Of a stretch of 64,000 nucleotides of DNA, positions 10,862-22,527 are shown piece by piece. Made by a program: the position numbers and the translations under genes. Origin of the DNA: Octopus sinensis (taxonomy: Eukaryota); contig NC_043018.1 of the NCBI RefSeq assembly GCF_006345805.1, positions 10,292,001-10,356,000 of the forward strand, given 5' to 3'. Every line of letters starts with the position of its first letter. Positions within the stretch are counted from its first letter, which is position 1. The notes beneath the pieces are model-generated. The model did no database searches. It worked only from the letters and a program-made list of their open reading frames with translations, and was not told the origin of the DNA.

Positions 10862-11330
10862 CATCATCGTTTAACGTCTGCTTTTCATGCTAGCATGGGT
10901 TGGACGGTTCAACTGGGGTCTGGGAAGCCAGAAGGCAGCACCAGGCCCAGTCTGATCTGGCAGTGTTTCTACAGCTGGATGCCCTTCCTAACGCCAACCA
11001 CTCTGTGAGTGTAGTGGGTGCTTTTTACGTGCCACCAGCACAGGTGCCAGACGAGGCTGGCAAACGGCCACGATTGGATGGTGCTTTTTACGTGCCACCG
11101 GCACAGGTGCCAGACGGGGCTGGCAATGGCCACGATTGGATGGCGCTTTTTACGTGCCACCGGCACGGAGACCAGACGAGGCTGGCAAACGGCCATGATC
11201 GGATGGTGCTTTTTACGTGCCACCGGCACGGAGGCCAGTTAGGGTGGCGCTGGCTACGGCCACGATCGGATGGTTCTCTTACATGCCACCGGCACTGGTA
11301 TCACTGCTACAAATTCCATTGATGTTGATT
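10862..11330 (-). mobile_element. RTE LINE 3'UTR fragment with expanded internal repeat array
   Basis: (GAT)n tail and about five ~57-bp units containing ggtgctttttacgtgccaccggcac. Confidence 0.85.
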
Positions 11331-11364
<34 letters not shown>

Positions 11365-11981
11365 ATGTGAGTATATTTCTCTTTATGTGTATGATGAGAA
11401 GTGTTTGTTTCAATCATGTTCAGTTAAGACATTGTAATGTCTCACTCTCTCTTCCTCACACACACTCTCTATATCTGTATGTGTTTATTCCTGTGTATGT
11501 GTGTCTGTATGTTTATCTCCAGTGCTAAAAAGTACCAGTGTTTAAATAGCTGTGCTAATCATTTAATTCCGGTCAGTGACGAGTGCCAAAAGGGCAAAAG
11601 AACTGCTCTAGAAAGAGCCTTTTGATGCCATTGCAGAGACATCGAAATTCTGACAGTAGCAGCAGTCAATGATTATAGCCCAGCTAATTAGAAAAAGTAT
11701 TAATTGACTTAAATGAGATACAGTTTGGGTTTGTGCTATGTTCGAACACCACTGATGAGTTCTGATGAGTGAAATAATTTTGGAGAATTTCTCAGCCAAG
11801 AGCAAGCCACTAGCTTTTGTTGACCTAGAAGTGACCTTTGGTTGGATTCCATTTGTTTGTAGGCTTTGAGCTTACTAAGAAAACCATTTGTAGATGAATG
11901 GTGAGAGCTATGCAAGTCCTAAACAGGGTTTATGAGAGCAATGAGCAGAGGAATTTGGATGCAGGTTTTCAGCCCCATCCA

Positions 11982-12343
11982 TCTCTCTATATATAAACAG
12001 CAAAATGTCTGAGTGTGTGTTCTGTATACAAATCCACAATTTTTCAGTTAGAGGGCTCGCACTTTCTATGGTCATTCAAAACCGTCCAAGGGTGGTCGTG
12101 CACATCTTTACATTTCCTCAGTCACCCTGCAAAGCCATTGAAAAATCAATAGAAGTGCCTTTTTGGATATTTCTATCCAAAACCCAATCAAAATGCCCAA
12201 AACTTGATACGCCAATTGAATGCCAGTTAGCTGTATGGGATTGGTCGGAGATTTGGACAGTACTCGTGTGTATGTGCGCATGCATGCAGCTGTATATGCA
12301 TGCACTAGCACTATGACCCGGCAACACCGGGTCATAGTGCTAG
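11982..12343 (+). mobile_element. Non-autonomous Helitron-like element
   Basis: A|TC 5' end, 3' CTAG|T, and a terminal 17-bp hairpin. A second copy lies at 34981-35348. Confidence 0.85.
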
Positions 12344-12364
12344 TTTTATTATAATTCTCTAAAC

Positions 12365-12614
12365 CAGTGGTTCTCAACCATATTCTACCTGTGGATCCCT
12401 TTGAAGCTTATTTTACTCAGGTGGACTCTCACAACTGGTCCATGTTTGAATAATGCTATTATAATTTTTAATTATATATTACTAGGAATTTTATAAGAAA
12501 ATTAAAATATTTCGTGTATTGTAGAAGCGTAACCAATTTATTGCACATAAATTTTAATAACAAGATCTTATAGGGACCCCCAAGGGTCATACAGACTCTG
12601 CTTAAGAACCACTG
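12365..12614. mobile_element. hAT (Charlie-like) MITE
   Basis: TIR CAGTGGTTCTCAAC...TAAGAACCACTG with a degenerate 8-bp TSD ctctaaac/ctcttgac. Confidence 0.7.
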
Positions 12615-12695
12615 CTCTTGACTATGATTGCAGGTAAGCTCACCACCATCAATTCACCGTGAAGAAGGTTTACTGAGGAAATATATCCATAGTAT

Positions 12696-13108
12696 ACTCT
12701 CTTTACTCTTTTACTTGTTTCAGTCATGTGACTGTGGCCATGCTGGAGCACTGCCTTTAGTCGATCACATCGACCCCAGGATTTATTCTTTGTAAGCCTA
12801 GTACTTATTTTATCAGTCTCTTTTTTGCCGAACCTCTAAGTTACAGGGATGTAAACACACCAGCATCGGTTGTCAAGCGATGTTGGGGGGACAAACACAG
12901 ACACACAAACACGCACATACATATATATATATATATATACACACACGACAGGCTTCTTTCAGTTTCCGTCTACCAAATCCACTCACAAGGCTTTGGTTGG
13001 CCCGAGGCTATAGTAGAAACACTCACCCAAGGTGCCACGCAGTGGGACTGAACCCGGAACCATGTGGTTCGTAAGCAAGCTACTTACCAGACAGCCACTC
13101 CTGCGCCT
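12696..13108 (-). mobile_element. SINE family A, full length
   Basis: Colinear with 7031-7440. Confidence 0.9.
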
Positions 13109-13474
13109 ATCTCACCATTAATAGATAAAAACTATTTTATTGGGGAAAAAAAACAGTGAATTGATAACGATGAACTTTCCATGCAGTGAATGGATGACAA
13201 TGGGTTTCTTGGCCTTGCTTGATGATAATTGATTGGGTCTTCACTTGATGCTTTCATAGTCAAATTGGCCAGATGAAAAGTTCCAAACAGAGAAGCGAAG
13301 ATCAAAACCAAAAGGTTTCAAGAAGTGGCACTGGTAAAGACAAAAGTCTTGGCAAGAAAAGCTCAGGAACTTTATTGCTATCTGAGAAGGGTTTCTATTT
13401 GAAATGCAGAGAATCCTGGTGTGTAGTACACTGAACTTGGGGAAAGGGTTGTGTGCTCCATGTAGAGTGTCAGT

Positions 13475-14745
13475 CATCATCATCATCGTTTAATGTCCAC
13501 TTTCCATGCTGGCATGGGTTGGACGGTTTGACTGAAGCAACGGTCACGCTCGGATGTGCTTTTAACGTTCCACTGGCACGAGTTCCAATCAGGCGGTACT
13601 GTCATCAGCCGCGTCAGCAATTTTGGTTTGATTTCTCTTGCATCAATAGGTCTCTGCAAGCAAAGTTTATTGTCCAATGAATAAGGGGTACTCATAAGTG
13701 GGGTGGTTACACCCCACATTCGAATGTGTTTTAAACATTCCACTTGCACGAGTGCCAATCATGCTGTGCTGTCATCAGCCACATCAGCGATTTTGATTTC
13801 ACTTGCCTCAATAGGTCTTCGCAAACAAAGTTTATTGTCCAATGAATGAGGGGTATTCATAAGTGGGCTGGTTACACCCACTGGCATAGGCCATGGGCTA
13901 TGGTCTCACTTGCCTTGTCAGGTCTTCTCAAGCACAGCATATCTCGAAAGGTCTCGGTCACTAGTCATTGCCTCGGTAAGGCCCAATGTTCGAAGGTCAT
14001 GCTTCACCACCTCATCCCAGGTCTTCCTGGGTTTATCTCTTCCACAGGTTCCCTCAACTTCTAGGGTCTGACACTTTTTCTCACAGCTGTCCTCATTCAT
14101 TCACAACGCATGACCATATCAGCGCAGTCATCTCTCTTGCACACCACATCTGATGCTTCTTAAATCCAACTTTTCTCTCAGAGCATTTGCACTCTGTCGT
14201 GTATGCACACTGACATTACACATCCATTGGAGCATACTGGCTTCATTCCTTGCAAGCTTACACATGTCCTCAGCAGTCATGGCCCATGTTTCACTGCCAC
14301 ATAACATGGCTGTTCGTACACATGCCTCATACAGTGTACCTTTTATTCTGAGCGAGAGGCCCTTTGTCACCAGCAGAGGTAGGAGCTTTCTGAACTTTGC
14401 CCAGGCTATTCTTATTCTAGCAGCTACACTTTCAGAGTATCCACCCCCACTACTGACTTGGTTTCCTAGGTAATGGAAGCTATCAACTATTTGTAGTTTT
14501 TCTCCCTGGAATATGACAGAAGCTGTTCTCTGCACATTTTCAGTGTTTACAGCATCTAAGCATCTGCCACAGACAAAAACTATCTTCCCAGTTAGCCTCC
14601 CTTTGATATTGCTGCACCTCTTATGCATCCATAACTTACACTGGGTACATCTTATGGAGTTTCTACCTATGCCTTTTCTACAGATGCTGCTGATATTGAC
14701 CTTTCTGACCTTGCAGTTTTCAGCTCTACTATTTCTAATTCCATG
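13475..14745 (-). mobile_element. RTE LINE 3' fragment (C-terminal ORF plus partial 3'UTR)
   Basis: HKRCSNIKGRLTGKIVFVCGRC...YEACVRTAMLCGSETW...GRDKPRKTWDEVVKHDLR, homologous to 50200-51030. Confidence 0.9.
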
Positions 14746-15547
14746 ATTCTCAACTGGAGTTCATGTGGCCCTTGGGGATCCACATAAAATCTTGTTAATA
14801 TTTATCTCCAATAAACCGGTTATACTTCTGCAACACACAAAATATTTTTAGCAATTTTTTTACTTAATTCCTAATAACGTTTCATTGTAAAAATATAAGC
14901 ATGGAATGGTTAGGAGGGTCCGTCCAAGTAAAATAAAATCAAAAGGAGCCCAGGGCGAAAAATGGTCGAGAACCATTTGTCTAATTCTTCATTTGATCCA
15001 CCTACAACAGGTAGATCGTCATTGTACAGGAACCACCATGGCAGCCGGTGTTTGACTCCTCTGTTATGTCATGAAGAATTATGGTAAACAGGAGTGGGGG
15101 CTGAGAACTGAGTCCTAATGGACATCTGCCTACACACTAAATTCCTCACTTAGCTGGTTATTAACTCCCACTTTGCTAATAACACCTCTGTATATGGCTG
15201 TCAGGGCTCTCATTAGCCATTTCTCTACCCATCCATTTCCTGAGTGACCAACAGATTATGGAACTGCATCAAAGACCTTCTCAAGTGAGTTCTCTTGTAG
15301 CTGCCTTGCTTAAGAAGTGGGCATTGATGCTGTAGAACATACAGTTTCCTGTACTTCAGATCACTTCATGGTCCCAGTAAACACAATGCAAACAGCTTTG
15401 CCCCAGGAGATGGGACGATCGAGATGGCCTGGAACAGCCACTCCGTCTCACAGGACTGGCACATCTGGATGCTTTTATGCTCAAGCACAAACACTCATTG
15501 CATCAAATCTATGATTAACTTTCCTGTAAACTTCACACCCAATTTCA

Positions 15548-16210
15548 TGGGCGTGGCTGTGTTGTAAGAAGCTTGCTTCTCAACCACATGGTTCTAGGTT
15601 CAGTTCCATTGCATGGCACCTTGGGCAGGTGTCTTCTACTATAACCTCAGGCAAACCAAGGCGGCGAGCTGGTAGAAACGTTAGCACGCTGGGCGAAATT
15701 CGTAGCAGTATTTCGTCTGTCGTTACGTTCCGAGTTCAAATTCTGCCGAGGTCGACTTTGCCTTTCATCCTTTCGGGGTCGATAAATTAAGTACCAGTTA
15801 CGCACTGGGGTCGATGTAATCGACTTAATCCCTTTGTCTGTCCTTGTTTGTCCCCTCTATGTTTAGCCCCTTGTGGGTAGTAAAGAAATATATAACCTCA
15901 GGCAAACCAAAGCCTTGTGAGTGGATTGGTAAATGGAAACTGGAAGAAGACTGTCATGTGTATATGTGTGTGTGTGTGTGTATATATATCTATGTGTGTG
16001 TTTCTGTGTTTGTCCCTACCACCACTTGACAACTAGTGGTGGAGTGTTTATGTCCCTGTAACTTAGCAGTTCAGCAAAAGAGACCAATAGAATAAATACT
16101 AGGCTTTAAAAAAAAGTACTGGGGTTGATTCATTTGACTAAAAAAATTTCTTCAAGTCAGTGCCCCAGCATGGCCACGATATCTATTGCCTGGAACAAGT
16201 AAAAGATATA
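15548..16210 (+). mobile_element. SINE family A interrupted by a family B SINE
   Basis: Family A sequence lies on both sides of 15660-15890. Confidence 0.8.
15660..15890 (+). mobile_element. SINE family B, full length
   Basis: Perfect 20-bp TSD tataacctcaggcaaaccaa at 15640-15659 and 15891-15910. Confidence 0.95.
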
Positions 16211-17028
16211 AGATAATCATTAAGTTCACTGACTGCCATTAATTTGGTAACCACCCTTCAGGTTGGTTGTCGTGGGTTTTGTCTTGGCGCCAGCACTAAG
16301 GAGGTTGTCTTGTTCCCATCAAACCTAAAAAGCCATCACTATCCTATCGTGTCTCTATCTCCCCTATTACTTGACAGAGTATGCCGGGTTCATTTCATCA
16401 TGTCGTTGGGCTAGAAAAGTTGTCATGAGACTGAAGTTTTCTTTTGATCTCACCTTATTTCCATCCATTCTCCAACCACTGCACTTGGTTCATTTTATCA
16501 TAGCACCAGTTCTGTATAGTAAACCACTGAATATCATCTATGATCTTGCAAACTATGTAGTGGTCCTCTATTGTGCTTTTATCTCTCAACACCTGACGCA
16601 GTGACTACCTCACTCAACGCTGTACCCTCACCCTGTTAAAGGATCTAGGCTTGGGAGTTACTTGGTGTCCTTATAAAAAAAAACTCCCATGACAGTGCCA
16701 TGTAGAAAGCACCCAGTACACTTTGTAAATTGGTTAGCGCTAGGAAAGGCCTCCATCCATAGAAACCATGTCAAAACAGGCAGGGGGCCCAGGCAGCTCT
16801 CCAGCTGACCAGCTCCTGTCAGCCCGTCCAACCCATGCCAGTTTGGAAAATGGGCATTAAAGGATGATGATGATGATATAAACACATACTGACTAAACAG
16901 AACAAGAGGGGACATGTGGGATGGGGAACCACTGAAGTGGTCACAGGATGTGTGACAAAAGATTTCAGGCAAAGGACTCTAAAATACGAACAACAATAAA
17001 GCTGAAGTGAAAATCAGGGCTGTAGCAC

Positions 17029-17118
17029 CATGGTTCCCAACCCTTTTACTTAAATGAGTTTTCCCACAGACCCCTTTTAATATGCTCATCCTTGTGGACC
17101 CCAGGTTGGAAACCCCTG
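17029..17118. mobile_element. Short hAT-type MITE
   Basis: catggttcccaacc...ggttggaaacccctg; same family as 174-241. Confidence 0.6.
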
Positions 17119-17383
17119 ATACAGTATATAGTGCATGTGTTTATTTGATGGGGATAAATGACAATCTTGAAATGTAACAATATGTGTTTCAACACGCAAT
17201 TTCACATCAGGAATCTTGCAAGCAAGCCTTATAAGGGCAATAACACCCAAGTTTTCTGCTGTTTTAATGAGAAAACTGCATTTGAAATATTACTTTCTTG
17301 CCTGTATCGTACGCTACTCGTTCGACGCTTGTAAAAAAATGAATATAAGGTTGATTATATACACAAATGGTTGCTATATATAG

Positions 17384-17440
<57 letters not shown>

Positions 17441-17457
17441 ATATTATATATATATAT

Positions 17458-17743
17458 ATATTGTTATATTTCGGAATGGTCATATTGCCAGTTTAGCCAA
17501 TAAAAACACACGCACTATATATTTGGTGTTATTTTGCTTCAGTGATATTTATTTTTTACATTAATCTTAATCTTATTTCGGCCAAAGAGTGTCACAGGAG
17601 TGTGACGAAAGAACTTTGGCCGAAATAAGATTAAGATTAATGTAAAAAATAAATATCACTGAAGCAAAATAACACCAAATATATAGTGCGTGTGTTTTTA
17701 TTGGCTAAACTGGCAAAATGACCATTCCGAAATATAACAATAT
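17458..17743. repeat. 130-bp near-perfect inverted repeat with 26-nt spacer
   Basis: Arms 17458-17587 and 17614-17743, with one mismatch seen. Confidence 0.95.
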
Positions 17744-17903
17744 CTGTTTCAACACACGACTTCACATAAAAAATCTTGCACAACAAATATTTAAACGTAC
17801 TATATATATATATATATACATACATTTCAATATGTGACCTCGTGAGTACCGCTGGCGATTTTTTTCCTCTCTCTTCCCTTCTCGGGATCTTTCCTTCTCC
17901 TTT

Positions 17904-17938
17904 GTTTCCGACGAAGAGCTCCGCTCGAAACGTTGAAC
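17904..17938 (+). ncRNA. Penelope-type minimal hammerhead motif, family H2 (U4 to C variant)
   Basis: guuu-CCGACGA-A-gagc ucc gcuc-GAAA-CG-UU-gaac, inside a ~210-bp element flanked by (TA)n. Confidence 0.6.
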
Positions 17939-18041
17939 CCTCCTTCTTCCCTTCTTCCTGAGCGTCCAATAATACTTTATTTGTTCCACGTCCTCGCGTT
18001 GTTGTGTTTTTTTTGTGTTTTCTTGTTTGGATTAACTTTAT

Positions 18042-18101
<60 letters not shown>

Positions 18102-18263
18102 TGAATAAATATATATATAAATAAATATGTATATAAATATGTATATATATATATATATATTATATATATACATAGTTTAAATTTACAGAAAACAAATGAT
18201 GATGACAGGTGAGGGAACAACAAGCAGGTGTATTAATTTGATGCTTGGGAAGAATTGAAAATT

Positions 18264-18299
18264 CTTTGACATTTCGAACCTGTGCTCTTCGACAGAAAG
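18264..18299 (-). ncRNA. Penelope-type minimal hammerhead motif, family H3 (A6 to U variant)
   Basis: cuuu-CUGUCGA-A-gagc acag guuc-GAAA-UG-UC-aaag. A more decayed relative lies at about 55215-55310. Confidence 0.55.
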
Positions 18300-19092
18300 G
18301 GTTCAGAGGTAAAAAAATGTGTTAGGATTAATGGTTCAACATGATGGGGTGACCGGAAGAAAGAAGCTGAGTGGAAGGGAGATAACAACGGTGACCCGGC
18401 TGAACTAGGGTCTGCAAGCACGTTTGTGTATGAGTGAATGGGAGTGAGCACATGTGAATGTTTGTGTGGGCAAGCTTAAAATTATGTGGACCCGCGTGTG
18501 CGTGGGTATGGGAGCATGTGTGTATGTGCATATGAACATGTGTGTATGTGTGTGAAGCTTTCCTTCTAGTGTTTGTATGAGCTTTTGATAGTTTCTTGTG
18601 TTAGAGACAAGGATCCATTCAGGTTTTTATAACATGCCTTGTGTCTCCAATTTTTGATATCTTGGCATCTGAAGCAGCTGGAGATACAATAATTTGACCG
18701 AAAGAACTGGCTATTACAAGCAAAAATGTTTGAATTGCATAATAGTGGGTTTTCTCAAATTTATATATATTATATATTTATATTGTGAAATTTGATTTAA
18801 TACTAAATTGAATTTTTCCCTTTAAGTTTGGAGTTATACTCCCTAATATTATTATTATTATATATATATGTGTGTGTGTGTGTGTTGGCATTAGGAAGGG
18901 CATACAGCTGTAGAAACACTGCCAAATCAGACTGGAGCCTGGTGCAGCCTACATGGCTTCCAGACCCTGGTCAAACCGTCCAACCCATGGAAAATGGACG
19001 TTAAATGATGATGTGTGTATATATATATATATGTGTGTGTGTATGTATGTATATATATATATGTATGTATGTGTGTGTGTGTATATATATAT

Positions 19093-20161
19093 TGAAACCT
19101 TAGCGACTGAAGAAGGGGTTTTTCGTTGTGTTAACTGTCCTGTACTCCATTTTTTGTTTTTAAAAAGATGTCCTGTTCCTTTGGTTTGTGTCTATGTTTT
19201 TCATCTCTCTATGTGTTCAACGTCCTTTTGGTGTCCTGTACTCATATATGCGTGTATATGTACATGTAGAGGTAGGTACGTACATATATGTTTATATATA
19301 TGCATATGTTCTATTTTATTAACATATTATACGACTAAACGCACGCACCCTCTTAAGTAAGATTGTTCTGTATATCAAGTTCGCCTTGATATTAACTCTC
19401 ACGCGCACTCTGCCCTTTCTTTCTTTCTTTCTATCCCATCCCCTTTTCGTCTTTTTTCCCTCACTTAACTTGTCTCTTCCTCTCTCTCTCATTCTTCATT
19501 CTCTCTCTCCCCCTCATCATTCTTCATGGTCTCCTCGCACCATTCCCCTTCTTCTCTCCCTTCCTCTTGCTCCTCCTCCCCCATTCCCGTCGTCCATCTG
19601 CGACGATACTTCCGCCGTAACTGCTAACGGTCTTTCTCGCCCGCCTTTTAAGGCTACTGGACGACTTTTCCTGCTCTCTCGTCGTTCACAAAAAATTCAG
19701 CGTTTGCAATACTTTTTCGTTCGGCGTCAACAGCCCTTCTTATCTTGTTCTCCCTGTCCTGTCTTTTACTGTTATATATATTTTTTTACTGTTTATATTT
19801 TTGTACTGTCATTACTGTCTCGTTTTTTTACCATTTTTTTACCCCTCTGCGAAAAGATCTCAGGATTTTAATTGATTTGCTTTTCGCAGGAAGGAAAGTT
19901 TCTTGTCGAAGATACGTCTCGCTTTTATCCTTCGAAACAGAGAGTAGATGAAACCTTAGCGACTGAAGAAGGGGTTTTTCGTTGTGTTAACTGTCCTGTA
20001 CTCCATTTTTTGTTTTTAAAAAAATGTCCAGTTCCTTGGTTTGTGTCTATGTTTTCGTTTCTCTTTGTGTTCGACGTCCCTTTGGTGTCCTGTACTCATA
20101 TATGCGTGTATATGTACATGTAGAGGTAGGTACGTACATATATGTTTATATATATGCATAT
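19093..20161. repeat. ~215-bp direct repeats (19093-19307 and 19949-20161) enclosing a ~640-bp CT-rich segment
   Basis: Both copies start tgaaaccttagcgactgaagaagggg and are colinear. The whole unit is flanked by (TA)n. Confidence 0.85.
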
Positions 20162-20176
20162 ATTTTATTTCTTTTA

Positions 20177-20217
<41 letters not shown>

Positions 20218-20239
20218 TCATCATCATCATTTAACATCC

Positions 20240-20720
20240 ATTAAAAGGAACTTCTTCCACGGGTTCCTTCCACTGTTAGGATGTGACACTTCTTCACATA
20301 GCTCTCCTCATCCATACACAGCACATGACCATACCAGCGCAGTCGTCTCTCTTGCACACCACATCTGATGCTTCTTATGACCAACATTTCTCTCAGGATG
20401 CTTACACTCTGTCGTGTGTGCACACTGACATAACACATTCAACGGATCATACCAGGTTCACTTCTTTTAAGCCTTCGCATGTCCTCAACAGTCATGGCTG
20501 ATGTTTCTCTGCTGTTTAGCATGGCTGTTTGCACACATGCATCGTACAGTCTACCTTTAACTCTGAGTGAGAGGACCTTTGTTACCAGCAGAGTTAGGAG
20601 GTTTCTGAACTTAGCCCAGGTTATTCTTATTCCAGTGGCAATGCTCTCAGAGCAGTCACCCCCCCCCACACACACACACACTACAGACTTGGTCACCTGG
20701 GTAGCAGAAGCTATCAACTA
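20240..20720 (-). mobile_element. RTE LINE C-terminal fragment
   Basis: RITWAKFRNLLTLLVTKVLSLRVKGRLYDACV...RRLRWYGHVLCMDEES. Confidence 0.85.
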
Positions 20721-21524
20721 CTTGTTTATACTTCCAGCACTGAAGAGTAATCATATATACATATTAATCATCATCGTTTAACGTCCGTTTTCCGCGCTAG
20801 CACGGGTTGGACAGTTCGACCGGGGTCTGGGAAGCCAGGGGCTGCACCAGGCTCCAGTCTGATCTGGCAGAGTTTCTACAGCTGGATGCCCTTCCTAACG
20901 CCAACCACTCCGCGAGTGTAGTGGGTGCTTTTTATGTGCCACCTGCATAAATAAGGAAATGGAGAAGCACATTAGTTGGCTCATCAGCATTAGGATATTA
21001 AAATGTTGATTTATATATGTGTATATATATATATATATCAAATATAAATTAAAAACGGAACACAAAGGATATCGCAGTACACGTGTTTCAAGCTATATAT
21101 ATATATACACACACAAACACATATATATACATCTATACATTTAAAAAAATAAATATATATATATGTACACATATATATACACATATATAATGCATACATG
21201 AATCTATACATATATATATATATACACACACACATATATATGCATATAAGTCTGTACATACACATATATACATATGCATCTATATGTATACATGTATACA
21301 TCTATATATATACATAATATTATTACAAATTTGGGATTTTACCAATAGAACCACAACTCCTATTTCAGGATAACCTTATTGTAAGGAATACACACAGAAA
21401 GTTATGTCCAATAAAATAATATAAGCATTTTAAAAAAACCTACTATAAAATACAATAAAATTATTTGAAAAAATCTATATAACTTAGCTGTTACTAGTCT
21501 GTGGGGAAAGAAGGTACTTTTAAT

Positions 21525-21610
21525 CAATGCTACCCGTGTTTCTGCACTGGTGGGGAGTTTATAAACGCTATACCTAATTCATAATTCCACCAGTGCGTCC
21601 TCAGGCTATT
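21525..21610 (-). ncRNA. Degenerate hammerhead motif, family H4
   Basis: uagc-CUGAGGA-c-gcacuggugg[33 nt]ccaccagugc-a-GAAAC acgg GUA-gc, with a perfect 10-bp stem II. Confidence 0.5.
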
Positions 21611-21949
21611 TATCTTATTTTTATTATTATTAACGGATCAATGCTAAAAATACATATTATAAGTCCTATTAAATAGAAAAATAAGAATTTGAATACAAAT
21701 ATAATAAAATAAAAATATAATAAAGATATATAAATTACAAATATATTTTTAAAGAATACAAAAAATAAACAAATTAAAAAATTTTTTTTAATTAAACACA
21801 TAAAATTACATTACCTATATATATATATATAGAGAGAGAGAGAAAATGCTAAACCTAAGGAAACCTTCAGCGATTGTATTATAAACACATCAAATCCTAC
21901 AACCTATCTATATAAACATTACAGGAATTAATAATTATATATATATATA

Positions 21950-22478
21950 TGGTGGCTGCCCCCTCGTTATTGAGTATGGCCATTGCACGAAGCTTAATCA
22001 ATGTTATCGTTCAATGCCTGTGCAAGAAGATTTTTTTTTTTTAAAGTGAGGAAAAGCTGTGCATTGAGTCAATCCCACTCACTAAGCAACAGCAGCCATG
22101 ATCCGAAAAGAAGAACAAGTCAACATCATCAGTAACCACTGAGCCGCAGGTTTTATGTCGGAGTCATCCCAGTTACCTGAGTTACCTTCTCTTAGAAGGA
22201 TGCCCTAACAAAGGCTAGGAGTCCTTCACTCCCAATGGTTTAACCACACGATCGGGTATTCAGTTCGATTATTTCTATGTCCTCGCGCATGATACATCCT
22301 TAAGACATTTATTGGATGGCCGTTGACGGGTTCTGTTTTTGATCCCGCAGGGTGTTCAATAAACACCCTCTTCACCAAGCAAGCTTGGTGGGGTTGCCGG
22401 TTTAGTCGCCGCCGACCCGACCATGCAACAGATTGTACTGGGTTACATGTTACCAGTAGCACTCAAGAGTAACCTGAC

Positions 22479-22480
<2 letters not shown>
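21950..22480 (-). mobile_element. Probable LINE (RTE-like) 5'UTR remnant
   Basis: GC-richer, hairpin-rich segment with a gggcatccttctaagagaaggtaactc...aaaacctgcgg motif that resembles RTE 5'UTRs. Family assignment is inference. Confidence 0.4.

Positions 22481-22527
<47 letters not shown>

Noticed and set aside
10980-11300. CRISPR-like repeat-spacer appearance
   Set aside because: The units are tandem variants within an RTE 3'UTR in a eukaryotic genome, with no unique spacers or cas genes.
21610-21801. Hydrophobic F/I/L-rich ORF suggesting a NUMT
   Set aside because: No recognisable mitochondrial protein motif; explained by AT-rich low-complexity sequence next to the H4 element.
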